DNA of 64,000 bases from Cirrosporium novae-zelandiae (lineage: Eukaryota). Location: assembly GCA_026023565.1 (NCBI GenBank), contig JAPETS010000027.1:310001-374000 (forward strand), given 5' to 3'. The notes under the pieces were generated by a model, which made no database searches, was not told the origin of the DNA, and saw only the letters and a list, made by a program, of their open reading frames with translations. Position numbers and translations under genes: made by a program. Position 1 is the first letter of the stretch. Every line of letters starts with the position of its first letter. Shown in pieces: positions 25,594-38,149 of the stretch.

Positions 25594-27010
25594 ATGGGAG
25601 ACGTCGCTGTTGAAAACCCCATTAACATTGTTCCTCCACACAAAAGATACACTCCAGCTGATTCCATACCGAATATTGATTCTCTCGAGGGGGCAGGCAG
25701 TGACAATGGCGATGAATATACTACGTTGAAGAGACTGCAACGACACCTTGAGTATAATCTCACCTCGTTATTCGACTTCAAGGCTCTCTAACAAGATATT
25801 CCTAGATATATCAACCTTCAAGAAGAGTACATTAAAGATGAGCAAAGGAGTCTCAAGAGGGAGCTTGTTAGGGCTCAAGAGGAAATTAAACGGATCCAGA
25901 GTGTGCCTCTGGTAATCGGACAATTTATGGAAGCTATCGATCAAAAGTATGTCCCAACCAGGTCTTCAATATTTACATAACTCTACACATTTGATATGGT
26001 ATCATTGCATGGTTCAGTTTGTACTAACTACTCCATTCAGCACCGGCATAGTTCAATCCTCTACAGGCTCCAATTATGTTGTCCGCATTCTCTCAACCCT
26101 CGACCGCGAAAAGCTAAAGCCCTCCTCCTCCGTCGCCCTCCACCGCCACTCAAACTCCCTCGTCGACATCCTTCCCCCAGAGGCCGACTCCTCCATCGCC
26201 ATGCTTGGCGCTAATGAAAAACCAGACGTTACCTATGCTGACGTCGGTGGCCTCGACATGCAGAAGCAAGAAATTCGCGAAGCCGTCGAACTCCCTCTCA
26301 CCCACTTCGATCTGTACACACAGATTGGTATTGACCCACCCAGAGGTGTACTTCTGTATGGACCCCCTGGGACTGGAAAAACCATGCTCGTAAAGGCGGT
26401 AGCAAATTCCACGACGGCCTCCTTCATCCGCGTTGTCGGCTCTGAATTCGTGCAAAAATACCTTGGTGAAGGCCCCCGAATGGTCCGCGATGTATTCCGC
26501 ATGGCACGCGAGAACTCCCCCGCCATCATCTTCATCGACGAAATTGACGCCATTGCCACCAAGCGATTTGACGCTCAAACTGGTGCTGACAGGGAAGTCC
26601 AGCGTATTCTTCTGGAACTGTTGAACCAGATGGATGGATTCGATCAAACCAGCAACGTCAAAGTCATCATGGCCACAAATCGAGCCGACACGCTTGACCC
26701 TGCACTCCTTCGGCCCGGTCGTCTTGACCGTAAGATCGAATTCCCATCGCTCCGAGACCGAAGAGAACGAAGATTAATTTTCACTACTATCGCATCCAAG
26801 ATGTCGTTATCCCCAGAAGTTGACCTAGATTCACTGATTGTACGAAATGATCCTCTCTCTGGCGCCGTCATTGCAGCCATCATGCAGGAAGCAGGACTGA
26901 GAGCTGTCCGGAAGAATCGGTATAACATCATCCAGGTGGATCTCGAGGATGCCTATTCAAGCCAGGTCAAGGGTACACAAGAGGCCGATAAGTTTGACTT
27001 TTACAAATAG
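25594..27010 (+). CDS. RPT3: 26S proteasome AAA-ATPase Rpt3, 3 exons
   Basis: GPPGTGKT Walker A, IIFIDEID Walker [12 protein letters not shown] and C-terminal FDFYK (HbYX). Confidence 0.98.
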
Positions 27011-27774
27011 ACCACCTAGCCGGCCTGTAAAGCAGTAATAGTATATTCTCGTCATTTTTTTTTGCCGGATACAAAATAACGCAAAGAAAGGGATAGATGG
27101 ATGAGATGGCTCGGGAATGGGGCCTAATTGATGGAGGGAGGGACAGCGCCTTCCGTTAGAAACCGAGCAATACCATCCATCATTCAACGCACAGTAGAAA
27201 TGTATTGTACAATGAAACTTAAAATTCCTGAATTTGTTTTCTCCTCTCCGCAACAACAACTTACTACTAGTCTACTACTGTAGGTAGAAGTAAGTAGATG
27301 TAAGTAGGTAAGAGGGGGTGAATCAATTTCCAACCTCCCCGTCCTATCCTATCCTCCTCTCTCAGTAATTATTCATATTTATATACACATATACATCCTT
27401 TCATCATATGCTAACATACCCATCCCCTTTACCTCGAAAGTAAATCTACTTTTCACTTTTTACCTTTTACTTATACTTTTTATTATTCCGATAGGAAGGA
27501 ATAGGATGAAAGTACCTATATATGTATGGATATACATATATCATAATTTACGCAGGGGGGGGAGTGGGTGAAAGGTTAAGGTAGGTACCTAGGTAGATAA
27601 GCTAAAAAAAAAAGAATGAAAAAATACAGCAATTTTACCTATGCATGCATTGTACTGTACTGTACAATAAGAGGTAAGGTAACTAACAGATACTTATCTT
27701 CAAGAAACGCACGCACGCATTCTCTTTCCTTCTCTTCCTTATCCTTTTCCTTATCATTATCCATTATCATCATT

Positions 27775-28904
27775 TTACATCCTAGCCCTAGCCGCGACAG
27801 CAGTTCCCCCATCCAGAGCGATAGTCGCACCATTAACATACGCGCCAGCCCGGCTGGCCAAAAACAGACATGTACCGGCGACATCCTGGGGTGTGCCAAT
27901 ACGCCCGAGTGGAGCGGCCTGCTCGATGGAATCGCGAAACTTTTTTAACGTTGCGGCCATCATTTTGCTTTCGAATGGGCCGCAGGCGATTGTGTTTGAT
28001 CTGTGTTGAGAAGTTTATAAGAAAAAGTCTGTTATTTTTGGGGGGGGGGGGTTTCTATTTGTTTGTCATTTTTTTATTGTTACAGGGGCGGCCAGTTTTG
28101 GCTACGCGTGTCCCCCAAGGAGAAGAAGCTAGCTGTGAAAAAGGTGTATGGGATTTTATGGATGAGATTTTTTTTTAGTAACGTGGTGACTTACGTGATG
28201 TTTTGCTTTCCTAGATGGTTTGCTAGGACTCTACTTAAATGGTGCAAGCCGGCTTTGCTAGCGCTGTAGGCAAAGGTTTCGAGGGCGGGCACTCGCAATC
28301 CATCGATACTGCCGATGTTGATGATTCTGGCAGGATCTGAGGGCGAGGCCGCAGCTTCGAGGAGAGGGGTGACAAGTTGTGTAATGGTGAAGACACGGTG
28401 CAGGTTAAGGGTAAGGACCCGTGTCCATGCTGAGGAAGGATATTCACTATAGGGAGCACCCCAATTGGAACCAGAGTTGTTAACAAGGATATGCAATTCT
28501 GAAGGTGAAAAAGATATATCATTAGCACATGAAATCTTCCAAGTTTAATTAAGCAGTCCCGAAGCTTAGTTCTAAAAGCATACTCTTCTCTCTCTTGGCC
28601 AGCTCTTCCGCTAATTTCTTGCAGTCGTCTTCCTTGTAAAAGTCGGCCGGAATTGCAGCTGCGGTGCCCTTTCCAAGAGCATTCAATTCGCTAACAGCTT
28701 TGTCACAAGCAGCAGCATCTCGAGAAGAAATATAAACACGAGCTCCATTCTCAACAAACCCTTGGGAAATCATGCGACCAATGCCTTTGGCGCCGCCAGT
28801 TACAAGAACGACCTTGTCCTGATAGTGATGTTAACATGTGGTAGTAAGATGGAGCTGCGGAGTAGACGACTTACCTTGACGTCGAAAAGGTTGGAGATAT
28901 CCAT
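27775..28904 (-). CDS. Short-chain dehydrogenase/reductase (RhlG/FabG-like), 4 exons, probably peroxisomal
   Basis: VTGGAKGIG, NNSG and YSASK catalytic motif; C-terminus ...ARARM*. Confidence 0.9.
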
Positions 28905-29452
28905 GCTGGTATAGACAAAGCGGTGCTTATTTTATAGATTCTAAAACATTTAAGTGAAGAAATAAATACCATTAAGGATGAAGGAAAGCCCCAGGACTTT
29001 CGGCCCTCTCTACCAGTCCCGAGGAGCTTCCCACCAAGATGCCGAGGTTATTCCCTGATTTGGATTAGTAACCACAAATGTGCTTGACGCCTTACGTTTC
29101 TGGATCCGTATCCAAAGCTGCTTATCTGATGACTCTTATGGTTCTGATGGTTATAGATCTCTTGAAACATATTAAGCTCTTGTTTGCAGTAACCATCTTA
29201 AAAATGAAACATCATTACATGTTCCTAGCAAGTGGATCTCATGGAATAAGGCCTAATTACCTTACAGATCTCCAGTAGGGCTGTAAGTTGCATCATTAGA
29301 GTTCGGGTATTAGAATAAGGTTTCAGGGTCTATCCGAGACTATTCCTAATTTAGGCATGACGCTGTTGTGGGAAAAGAACATATCCGATGCAGATGGACG
29401 TGACCTCTAATATCAAGATCCAAGACCATTTCAGATTTTAAATACCAGAAAT

Positions 29453-30475
29453 ATGGCAGGGGAAGATCTCGCTACATCTAGTGCCAGTTCCCCATCTACC
29501 TCTCCTTCATCAGAGACTTTGGAATCGCTTCAAGCCCGCCATCGAAAAGAACTCCGAGATCTTCAGTCCCGCATCACGCAGAAAAAAAAGTCCACGACCA
29601 AAAAAACCAGGAAAGGTGTCAACGATGAATGTACGGAGCTTGAAAGACAGATAAAGGAAAAACATGCCGCAGAGATTGCCGCGTTAAATGGAGATGCAGA
29701 AAAAAATGCCCACGACCAGGGTGCGCCGCCTGAGGAGGAGGATAACGAACCTACAGACCCCACAAATTCACATCCTGATACTACTACTACTACTACTACT
29801 ACTACATCGATCTCAGAAACTACCAACCAGTTGAAAAAATTATCAGTCACTGGAAATAAAAATTCAGAACCCCAACAATATCACAAGAAGCCAAACCGTC
29901 AGAAAGCCCGCCTAGCTCGAAGGGCCGCCGAGCAAGAAGCCCAAGCCGCGCAGGCTGCAGAAGAAGCAGCAAACATGCCCGATCAGCGCGAGATTGAGCA
30001 AGCCGCTATGGCTAAGCATTTTGAAAAGCTAGGTCTCAAGGAACAAGATATTCGACCGGACGGACATTGCCTTTACTCCGCAGTGGCCGACCAGCTTAAA
30101 GACAATAACCTGGAGCTGGAGCCAAAGATTGAGGCGAAAATCATGGATGAGACACAGAAAAAGGCCGCTCTACAGTACAAGACAGTTCGGCAGGTGGCAG
30201 CTGGATACATTGATCAACATCCTGATGACTTCTTACCGTTTTTAGAAGAGCCCCTCGCAGACTACGTACGCAAGATCAAAGACACAGCTGAGTGGGGAGG
30301 CCAGCTTGAACTATTGGCACTGGCAAAGGCATACGAAGTCACGATCAACGTCCTACAAAACAATGGTAAAGTGGAAAGGATAGAGGGGGGTGGAGACGTG
30401 CAGTTATGGCTAGCGTATTATAAACATAGTTTTGGGCTAGGAGAACACTACAATTCCTTACGAAAAGCACCATGA
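29453..30475 (+). CDS. OTU2: OTU-domain deubiquitinase (Otu2/OTUD6-like)
   Basis: RHRKELRDLQSRIT, PDGHCLYSAV (Cys box), WGGQLEL and GEHYNSL (His box). Confidence 0.92.
   Translation: MAGEDLATSSASSPSTSPSSETLESLQARHRKELRDLQSRITQKKKSTTKKTRKGVNDECTELERQIKEKHAAEIAALNGDAEKNAHDQGAPPEEEDNEPTDPTNSHPDTTTTTTTTTSISETTNQLKKLSVTGNKNSEPQQYHKKPNRQKARLARRAAEQEAQAAQAAEEAANMPDQREIEQAAMAKHFEKLGLKEQDIRPDGHCLYSAVADQLKDNNLELEPKIEAKIMDETQKKAALQYKTVRQVAAGYIDQHPDDFLPFLEEPLADYVRKIKDTAEWGGQLELLALAKAYEVTINVLQNNGKVERIEGGGDVQLWLAYYKHSFGLGEHYNSLRKAP
29780..29804 (+). repeat. (ACT)n coding microsatellite giving poly-Thr in Otu2
   Basis: actactactact... run seen directly. Confidence 0.9.
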
Positions 30476-30569
30476 GCTAGCCTTCCAGGAGTAGAGAAGC
30501 GCATTCTTATCTGCCGCCAAAAGTCACATATCAAAAACAACGCATGAAACCAATCAATCACCTAAGTAC

Positions 30570-31554
30570 TTAACTCTCCGGATGCTTCCAAACACTCACC
30601 CAATCCGACCCTTTCCCAATCTCGTGCGTCCTCTCCGGCTGCCAATATGCCACTCTGTGCAACCTCTTCTCATTAACAGGCCGTCCAACCTCCTCGATCA
30701 CATTGTCATTTTCGTCATACTTAAGTTCCTCCCCAGGATGGGTCAGATGTTCGACGTATACCGAGGACGGGAGGCCCCATGGGGGACCCCCAGAGTTGGG
30801 GGGCTTGTACGATGGGAATTGCACGCATATGAGCACGCCGGTGGGGTTGAGGAGCTGTGACATGCGGAGGGCCCAGAGCGGACGGGTAGAAGGGTGGAGA
30901 GCAGAGAGGAACTAGAAAATGCCATAAGCAAATCCAATAGCAAAAAAAAAAAAAAAAACACCCCTCAATCAACCCAACCCAACCCATAGAAAGAAAAACA
31001 AAAGAAAAACCCACCGTATAATCATAAATAACATCAAACCCCTCACCACTAGTAACCCACTCCTCCCTCAACCAACCCTCCGCAAAAAAATCCACCTCCA
31101 AAAACCCCACCACCCCCCTCCCAACCCCCTCATCCCTTACCGGATACCTCCCCACACTCTGCCTAGCCTCCCTCTCCGCCTCCCTAACCGCACTCCCACT
31201 AACATCAACCCCATACGCATCATATCCAAAGCTCGCCAGCAAACAAACATCATACCCCCTACCCATGCCAGGAACCAATGCTTTTTTTCTCCTTTTCACC
31301 ACCTTCTTCTTCTCCCCACCTACATCATCATCATTACCATCATCAAACAAAACAGCTTCCCCCCCAAGCAAATCATCCCGCCTCTGAGTTAAAATATCCT
31401 CGAGTGCTGGATTCGGACATCCTTTATCCCAGGGGAGGAAAGTTCCTTCGTCCCAGAGATCGGCCCAGCTTTTGCCGTGGGCCGAGGGGGGGATGTCGGA
31501 GAATTTTGTGGCGAATCGGGCGCGGACTTCAGGGACCGTCATGTTTTTGTTCAT
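30570..31554 (-). CDS. Thiol/halide methyltransferase (TPMT/HOL-like SAM-dependent), intron about 30912-31014
   Basis: W..LW...FLPWDKG.PNPAL, KALVPGMGRGYD, FDVIYDYT|FLSAL and GGPPWGL. The start may be 31554 or 31542. Confidence 0.88.
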
Positions 31555-33372
31555 TTCTTTTTTTTCTCTTTGCTTTTTTGTTTTTTCTTCTTTGTCTTTT
31601 TTTTAATTGGGTTATTTACCAGTGGTTAGGTGTGTGTGTGTAGGTGTGAGTTTTTGTTGGATGTGTGTGTGTGGATGTGGAGATGAATGCAGATGTAGAT
31701 GTGGAGATGGAGATGCAGGTGCGGGGAAAATATCTCCGAGATACAGAGAGAGAAAGAGAGAAAGGGTCCGGAGTTAATTAATGTAATTATTCCTGGGGAA
31801 CCTTGGTTCAAGGAAGGGAAGGAAAAAGAACGGTTAATAAAATAAAAAAAAACTTCCCCATTTTCATTTCGGGGGAAGGCGACCTTTTCCAAACATTCTT
31901 ATTCCGAGGGGAGGCAAGCAGCCAAGAAACCGCGCCTGCTCCCGAGGTGACGATACCTTTCATAAAATAACAAAAAACGGGTAAAAGAGAAGCCTGCCAA
32001 GGGTATTACATGTGATAAAAAAGAAAAGAAAGAAGAAAATTCCTTATGATTTTCTTGTCGTCGTCATCATCATCATCATCGTGATGAACTATTTACCTAG
32101 GTAACTATGTGTAGATTAAATCATACTCTTGCCCATGTTTTTTTTTGTTTCGGGACTGATTTCGCTATTTGGTTTAGCTAAGGGGTTTATATAAAAATGT
32201 GTCTTGTGTGACGGACGTACAGTACCATGTATCCGGGTGGTGGTAGTGGTGTTATACACCAAGATGAAAGCTAATACTCTTCCTCTCTCTTAGGCATATC
32301 CATCATTCTATATTATCCGTTACAAATATGTTTTTGCAATCTGGCTCGTCGACCTTTCGGTCCTTTTTTTCTTCCCTTTCTTTTCTTTTCTAGTAGTCGA
32401 GGCGAGTCGAGTCATGCAAAGGAGTTCCAGCCCTAAGCCCCAGTCAGTCCTATCTTATCTTGAACGAAAAAAAAAAAAAAACTAGAGGAGAAGAATTCGC
32501 GTTTCTTCCATCCTTATCCTCATCCTCATGGTCTTCTTCTCTGATCTTAAGTCCCTGCCCCTAATTTTTGTAGATGTCTATACATGCATACGCATGTGTA
32601 TTTCAATATCCAATATCTTCTCTATTGAAAAAAAAAATAAACCAATTTTGACCTTTTATTTGTCACTTATATATTCTTGAGGGCAAGTTCCAACGTCAAT
32701 TACTCGATTACTTGATCAACTAAACAAACAAAAAGGCTAAAAAATATCATCCATTGGACTCTTTACACTCATAGGCCCCTCTCAACCCTAGTCCTATTCT
32801 ATGAATCTCATAGCCAACCCAACTCCCACGAGCCTTTCAACTAATGCGAGCCCCCCTTCAAAACCCCTGCTAGGAGGAAGCGTAAAAGGATAAGGAAAGC
32901 GAGATAGAGGAAGCGATGGCGATAATTGTGTTGCCATAGTAGTAGCAACAAGGGGATCGGGAGGCGGGTGCGGGTTTAAGTTTGGATGCTGATGTTGATA
33001 GAAGGGGAGGTAAGGGAGCAACTTAAACACATCTTTTCGTGTCAAAAAATGTGATTACATGTTCCATTATTGTTAATGTTGAGGGTTTGGACAACAACTC
33101 TTCAGATTTAAGAGCCCCCGATTTAAACCTAAGCACAAAGGCCAAAGGCATAAAAGATTTGACGAGCCTCTCTCAGGTCTTAAAATAGATAACCATTGGC
33201 ATTAATTAATTTTAAAAAAAAAACTGGCATTCATATCAAAAGAATAAATGTGGTATCAAGTTCTTGCTCCTTTCGTAAAGTAATCTCTACGCTTTGGTAC
33301 GAACCTCCTCCCCAGTACATACATACAAATCACCACAAGGCAGATAACCAACCCCTGTGGGATTATATAAAC

Positions 33373-34797
33373 CTAGTAATAAGCCCTACCCTCACCCTCG
33401 TCAGGGAATGCTCCAGCCATTCCTCTCCCGTCTTCATCCTCTTCATCACTGCTATCCGCCGCCGCATCGACGTCCTCCCCTGGATCTACGGGCGCTCTCA
33501 TACGGCTTACTTCATCTTCGGGTAATTCTGGCACTTGCCATTTCTTCAATGTGTGAATCTCTCGGCCAGAAGGAATAAGAGGAAGGAGGTTGGAAATTGG
33601 TGTGATGGGTGAAGTGTTTACGGAATCGTTTATCTTGACCCAACGACTATGTAGTGTGCGTAGCACAAGGAGTTCTGTGGCTTTAGAGGTAGGGTCGGGC
33701 GTTGAAGAAGGAGTGGAAGAGGTTGACTGGGGGACTTTTGAAGACGAGGAAGATCTCCCCATCTTCTCTTTTAATCGGGAAAATCCTTTTCCATTTCCCC
33801 CTGGCCCTGAGGATTTTTCATGGGAGAATGAGGTTGCACCCAATTCATTAAGCGCAACATCTAGCCATCCAATAGCCTCCCCCATTTTCCCACCCCGTTC
33901 AGCGTCAACACCAAGCATGCGTGCTGCCCTGGCACGACTAAGACTCCGTACTTGAGTGGCATATTTCCTAATCCCTTCATCGACTCCTTTTATATCCGCC
34001 AACAGGCTGACTGCCTTAGCTGCATGTTCACTAGCCGCGATGCACAGTCGTACAAATAACAATGCCCTTACTTTAGGTATTTCTGGCGGGCTAGATAGAT
34101 ATGATGTATCATCGGGTGACAGGTCTGCGATTATGGACGCAGGATATGGATCAGATTGTGCGACAGCGAAGAGGGTAGAAACCGCGAGAGCGAGAGATGA
34201 GAGCGCGGCATGTATGGTAGGAATTACCGAAGGGGTTTGAATATATTTAGGAAATGGAGAGGTGGTTAAGAGGGTCGAGATATGTGTATGGATTGAAGCC
34301 GCTGTTAGTAGATGTTTGGTTGACGTTTGGAAGATCGAGTCTGAGCTGGACGACGAGATGAATATAGCGGCAGAGAGGGCGGTATATGAGAGTGCAAGTG
34401 TGGTGAGGGTGAAAATAAGGTCCAAATCCAACCCTAGGCCTTTGATTCGCCTGGGGGTCGTAGGATTAGGATTGTACTGGGGTGCAAGCGGATCGCGCCA
34501 TTGAATTCGAGGTTCATTATGTAGTGTAATCAATATTTCCTCCCCGGCGACTGGGCGACCGGATAGGCCTTCTTCAAGGGCAAGGAGATAAGGTAGATAG
34601 CCTTCTATAGCAGATAGCACCGTCGGTAGATGACTGGGACGGGAGGTAGGGGGAAGACGCTTGTGTTGCTTGAGAGCGAGTCGGAGGGCGCTGCGGTGGT
34701 GTGTTGCTGCCAATGGGAGAGAAGGATGTGTGGCGCTAGAATGAGAGGCGGTGAGATTGACGTGGGAAGTTGTAGGGAGTGTAATTATGAATGGCAT
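33373..34797 (-). CDS. palC: pH-response regulator PalC (Bro1-like domain)
   Basis: LPTTS, ALKQHKRL, YLPYL, PPEIPKVRALLFVRLCIAASEHA, W.KINDSVN, PSGREI and C-terminal GAF...YY. Confidence 0.88.
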   Translation of the reverse strand: MPFIITLPTTSHVNLTASHSSATHPSLPLAATHHRSALRLALKQHKRLPPTSRPSHLPTVLSAIEGYLPYLLALEEGLSGRPVAGEEILITLHNEPRIQWRDPLAPQYNPNPTTPRRIKGLGLDLDLIFTLTTLALSYTALSAAIFISSSSSDSIFQTSTKHLLTAASIHTHISTLLTTSPFPKYIQTPSVIPTIHAALSSLALAVSTLFAVAQSDPYPASIIADLSPDDTSYLSSPPEIPKVRALLFVRLCIAASEHAAKAVSLLADIKGVDEGIRKYATQVRSLSRARAARMLGVDAERGGKMGEAIGWLDVALNELGATSFSHEKSSGPGGNGKGFSRLKEKMGRSSSSSKVPQSTSSTPSSTPDPTSKATELLVLRTLHSRWVKINDSVNTSPITPISNLLPLIPSGREIHTLKKWQVPELPEDEVSRMRAPVDPGEDVDAAADSSDEEDEDGRGMAGAFPDEGEGRAYY

Positions 34798-35414
34798 TGT
34801 ATAGTATCGTATACCCTCTATAAAGGAGACGGTATTTGTATTTTAGTACATTGAGACATTGAGCTTTGAAGTTGTCCCGCATGAGGTCAGAGATTAGGAA
34901 TAAATCTTATCTTATCTTATCACGAGACTTCCTTGATCTGAACCTCATCCTCAAAGCAACAATCATATAAAATACAATTGATGCAATTTATTTTTAAATA
35001 CCTTGGAGTAATACCTTCTTTCATACTGTTCCCACTTTCTCCGCAGTTCCTAAGCTTATGTTGCCCCAGCACTAGTATTGCCACTACTGTGCATGTTTTT
35101 AGTAGTACTATTGCTGGCTTTCATAGTAAACCCCATCTCGCTCCGACCCGTAGGATTTAGACCCTGTCAAAAGTGCCAAGATACCAAGAAAGTATACAAC
35201 AACGTCCAAATTACAAAGAGCCAGCTTTGCGACTACATTTTTTAAACCTTGAGTAAATTGACTGTGGATAGCAGGAAGATTTAAGAGATATCAGAATTCG
35301 TTATATACCAAGGATATCAACATTAGCATATATCCCCCTCAGAGACATCGTCTATCCACAACTACATCTCAATCCACATCTCCATTTGCACATTGTCATT
35401 ACCTATTAACGAAA

Positions 35415-38101
35415 TTACCAGCTCGTTGGCCCGAAGATTTCTCCTGGGCTCAACGTCTTCTGAATAGCAGTGCCAACGTAATCCATTGTGTTCAATGCAG
35501 TATCATTGCCCCACCAAGCGGGCGCGGACGTGTTAGTCAAGTTAAGTGCGGCGATGATGATGATAGTGCAGATACACAAACCTACATCCAGACCGCCAGA
35601 GGTGAGATAGTTAAAGCGCATCCACCAGCCCCGATACTTGGTCTTGACGTACTTATTAAAGAACCAGCCGACAAAGCCCCAGGAAAGGTAATTAAGAGGC
35701 GTGGCAGGAGGAATCATTCCAAGGCCTCCAAAAATGATAGGAGCTGACAGATACCTGATGTTCGACTTGGGAAACATACGTGCACCGAAATAGAAGATAA
35801 AAGGTACAATGGCACCAGCAAGCCAGAACCAGAGCAAACCAGCGTAGATGGAGCCAGGAGAGAACATACGTTTCGGGCCAATGAGACCCCAGATAATAGA
35901 AGCATTGAAGAAGACGCGGCCATTAGGGCAGGTGAAGCGATTAATTTGGTCCGAGCTGCAAACATCACGAATGTTGGTTAGACCCCATTCCAAGACGGCA
36001 ATCTGAACAAAGCAGCCCCAGATACCAGCTATAACTTGAGCCCAAAACATGGATCTTGGTGGGACTTTCATGTAGTGACCGAGTTTCAAATCGCAAGTGA
36101 AAGCGAGACATTGGACCATGGTAATGTAGCCATAGGTCTTGAATAACATCATGGCAAGGGGACGACCGGGAAGCATATAACCAATAATGAATTCTGTGAA
36201 GACATTCAAGCCTAGCTGAATGTTCGTGATGGCTTGGATCATACCAATAGGAACGGACCAGACAGCCGCAATGAGAATAGCGATAATGAGAGCCCACCAT
36301 GTCAGATGGGTCTCATATGCTAAGCAGGTAACCAAGGAGAAAGCAAACATGAGAAGGAGGAAAGCAATAAACCACCACTGCGGAGTTCTAGCGTATTTCT
36401 TCATCATCCGCATGTGGCAATCCTCCTCCCCCTTTATTTGTTTTACCCGCATCCAGATTTCTCGACCGTGGAATAGGGCAGTGTGTGTAATGACGGCAGC
36501 AATAGCTGCGAAGGATAATCCGTAGCAGAGACTGAAGGTTGTCGACAAAAACAAAGGTGAATATTTCTAGCAATCTCATAAGTATACACGATAATAGAGC
36601 GAGACAACGTTCTAATGACTTACATGGTAGGCATCAACGTCCAGTTCGAAGTCTGGAGTCAAGATCTTTGTAACATTGTACGTTGACTGAGTGTTGTCAT
36701 AACTCGAAGAGTCACTGATCGGCAAGTATTCTGCATACCAATGATTAGAGTAATGGAGGCCTAGTGTGGTTATCCAAAAGAAAATAACCAGGCCAATCAA
36801 GGTGTTTGCAATAGCGTGCCATGGAGAAATCAAGGGACTGAAAATATATCCGGTGACTTGTGTCCAGTCAAAGGTGATGGGAAGGATTGAAACTCCGGTC
36901 CATCCTCCAAAAATCTGGTTGATGACGGGACTATTTGGGCGGATCCACGTGACGAAAGCGAAAACACTAAGCGCTTGGAAAATATAACCCGGGAACCAGT
37001 ACCAGACGAAAGAACCTAACATGCAATAGGAGAAATAGCGGAATCGGGAGATTTTCCACCCATTGCATTTTGCAGGGTCAGTTGGGCTTCGATCGTGGAG
37101 GGCATAGAACAGAGAAGTGTTGACCAAGGTTGTTGGCCAGATCATGGCAGCTATAGTATCATTAGATTGCTTTGCTAGAGATGCAGGCACATGGCAATAG
37201 AGCTTACCGGGTTCAACAAGGAACCGACGCCAAATACCAGCGAGCCCAAAACCAATACATTGGGTGGACAATGTCAAAAGCAACTCAAATCCCCAACCTA
37301 TGAAGAATTATTAGCATCGAATGATTTTGGAGGGGTACTGTGAGGCTAACCCATGTTTTGTCCGTAAAACCCTCGCTGAGCCAAAATAGTATCAGTCGAG
37401 TAAGCTGCACCACCCGAAAAGTTAACATTCGCCATGACGGTGATAATCGCATGCTCTTTCATGTTAAAGGGACCCGGATTCAGATTCCATTTGAGGCCGA
37501 AAGTATTAAATTCACGATTGGGCATGACTTTCTCCCAGCCAACACCAACAAAGTAGGATACCAATTGGGCAAGGATAGACGTGATAACAAGAGATGGAGA
37601 ACGCATTGAGAACAGCATGTTCAGTCCAGATCCAATGGTTGTCATCACAAGGCCAATGACCCAGGCTCGGATGGTATTGGCCGGTACGTCTTCGTCGTAG
37701 TTTCTAACAGCAGCGCGAACCTATAAGCTCGTTAGATGAAGCTCATTGTAATAGATAATATGATTACATGCCTCCGGATATGGAGAATTATCCAGGACTG
37801 CATTGACAACGTCCAATTCTGATCTGTCTCCTCCGCCAGCAACGATGTCATCCACATCATCCAAGATATCCCGTGGAAGATTAGGATCCCAGGCGTGTTC
37901 CTTTTCGAAGAGCTCGAGATTCTTCCGAGAAGCCTCAAGGTCAACAGTCCCAATCTCGGCACCAGTGGTAGTAGCCTGAGCAGGTTGCTTCTCGACCAAG
38001 TCACCGCTGTTAGACCCAGAGGAGTGAGAATGCGCAGGAGCTGTTTCAACCTCTGGTATCTCGTCTGCTGAACGAGGGTTGAGCTTCTTGATGAAATTCA
38101 T
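35415..38101 (-). CDS. OPT-family oligopeptide transporter (Isp4/Opt-like), multi-exon
   Basis: NSPYPEVRAAV, LNPGPFNMKEH, DLKLGHYMKVPPR and many TM helices. Confidence 0.95.
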
Positions 38102-38149
38102 CTTGACGGATGGTGATCGAACTCGAGTCCTGAGTCAATCAGGGGGAAG

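Noticed and set aside
26150..26931. Antisense and alternate-frame ORFs over RPT3 (likewise over eIF3e, palC, cnaA and RdRP)
   Set aside because: Shadows of codon bias in real genes, with no recognisable motifs.
32081..32159. GTGATGA...CTGA resembling a box C/D snoRNA
   Set aside because: It arises next to a (CAT)n repeat, with no terminal stem and no rRNA-complementary guide I recognise.
27775..38101. SDR, methyltransferase and OPT as a secondary-metabolite cluster
   Set aside because: No backbone synthase or cluster regulator, and the genes are interspersed with housekeeping OTU2 and palC.
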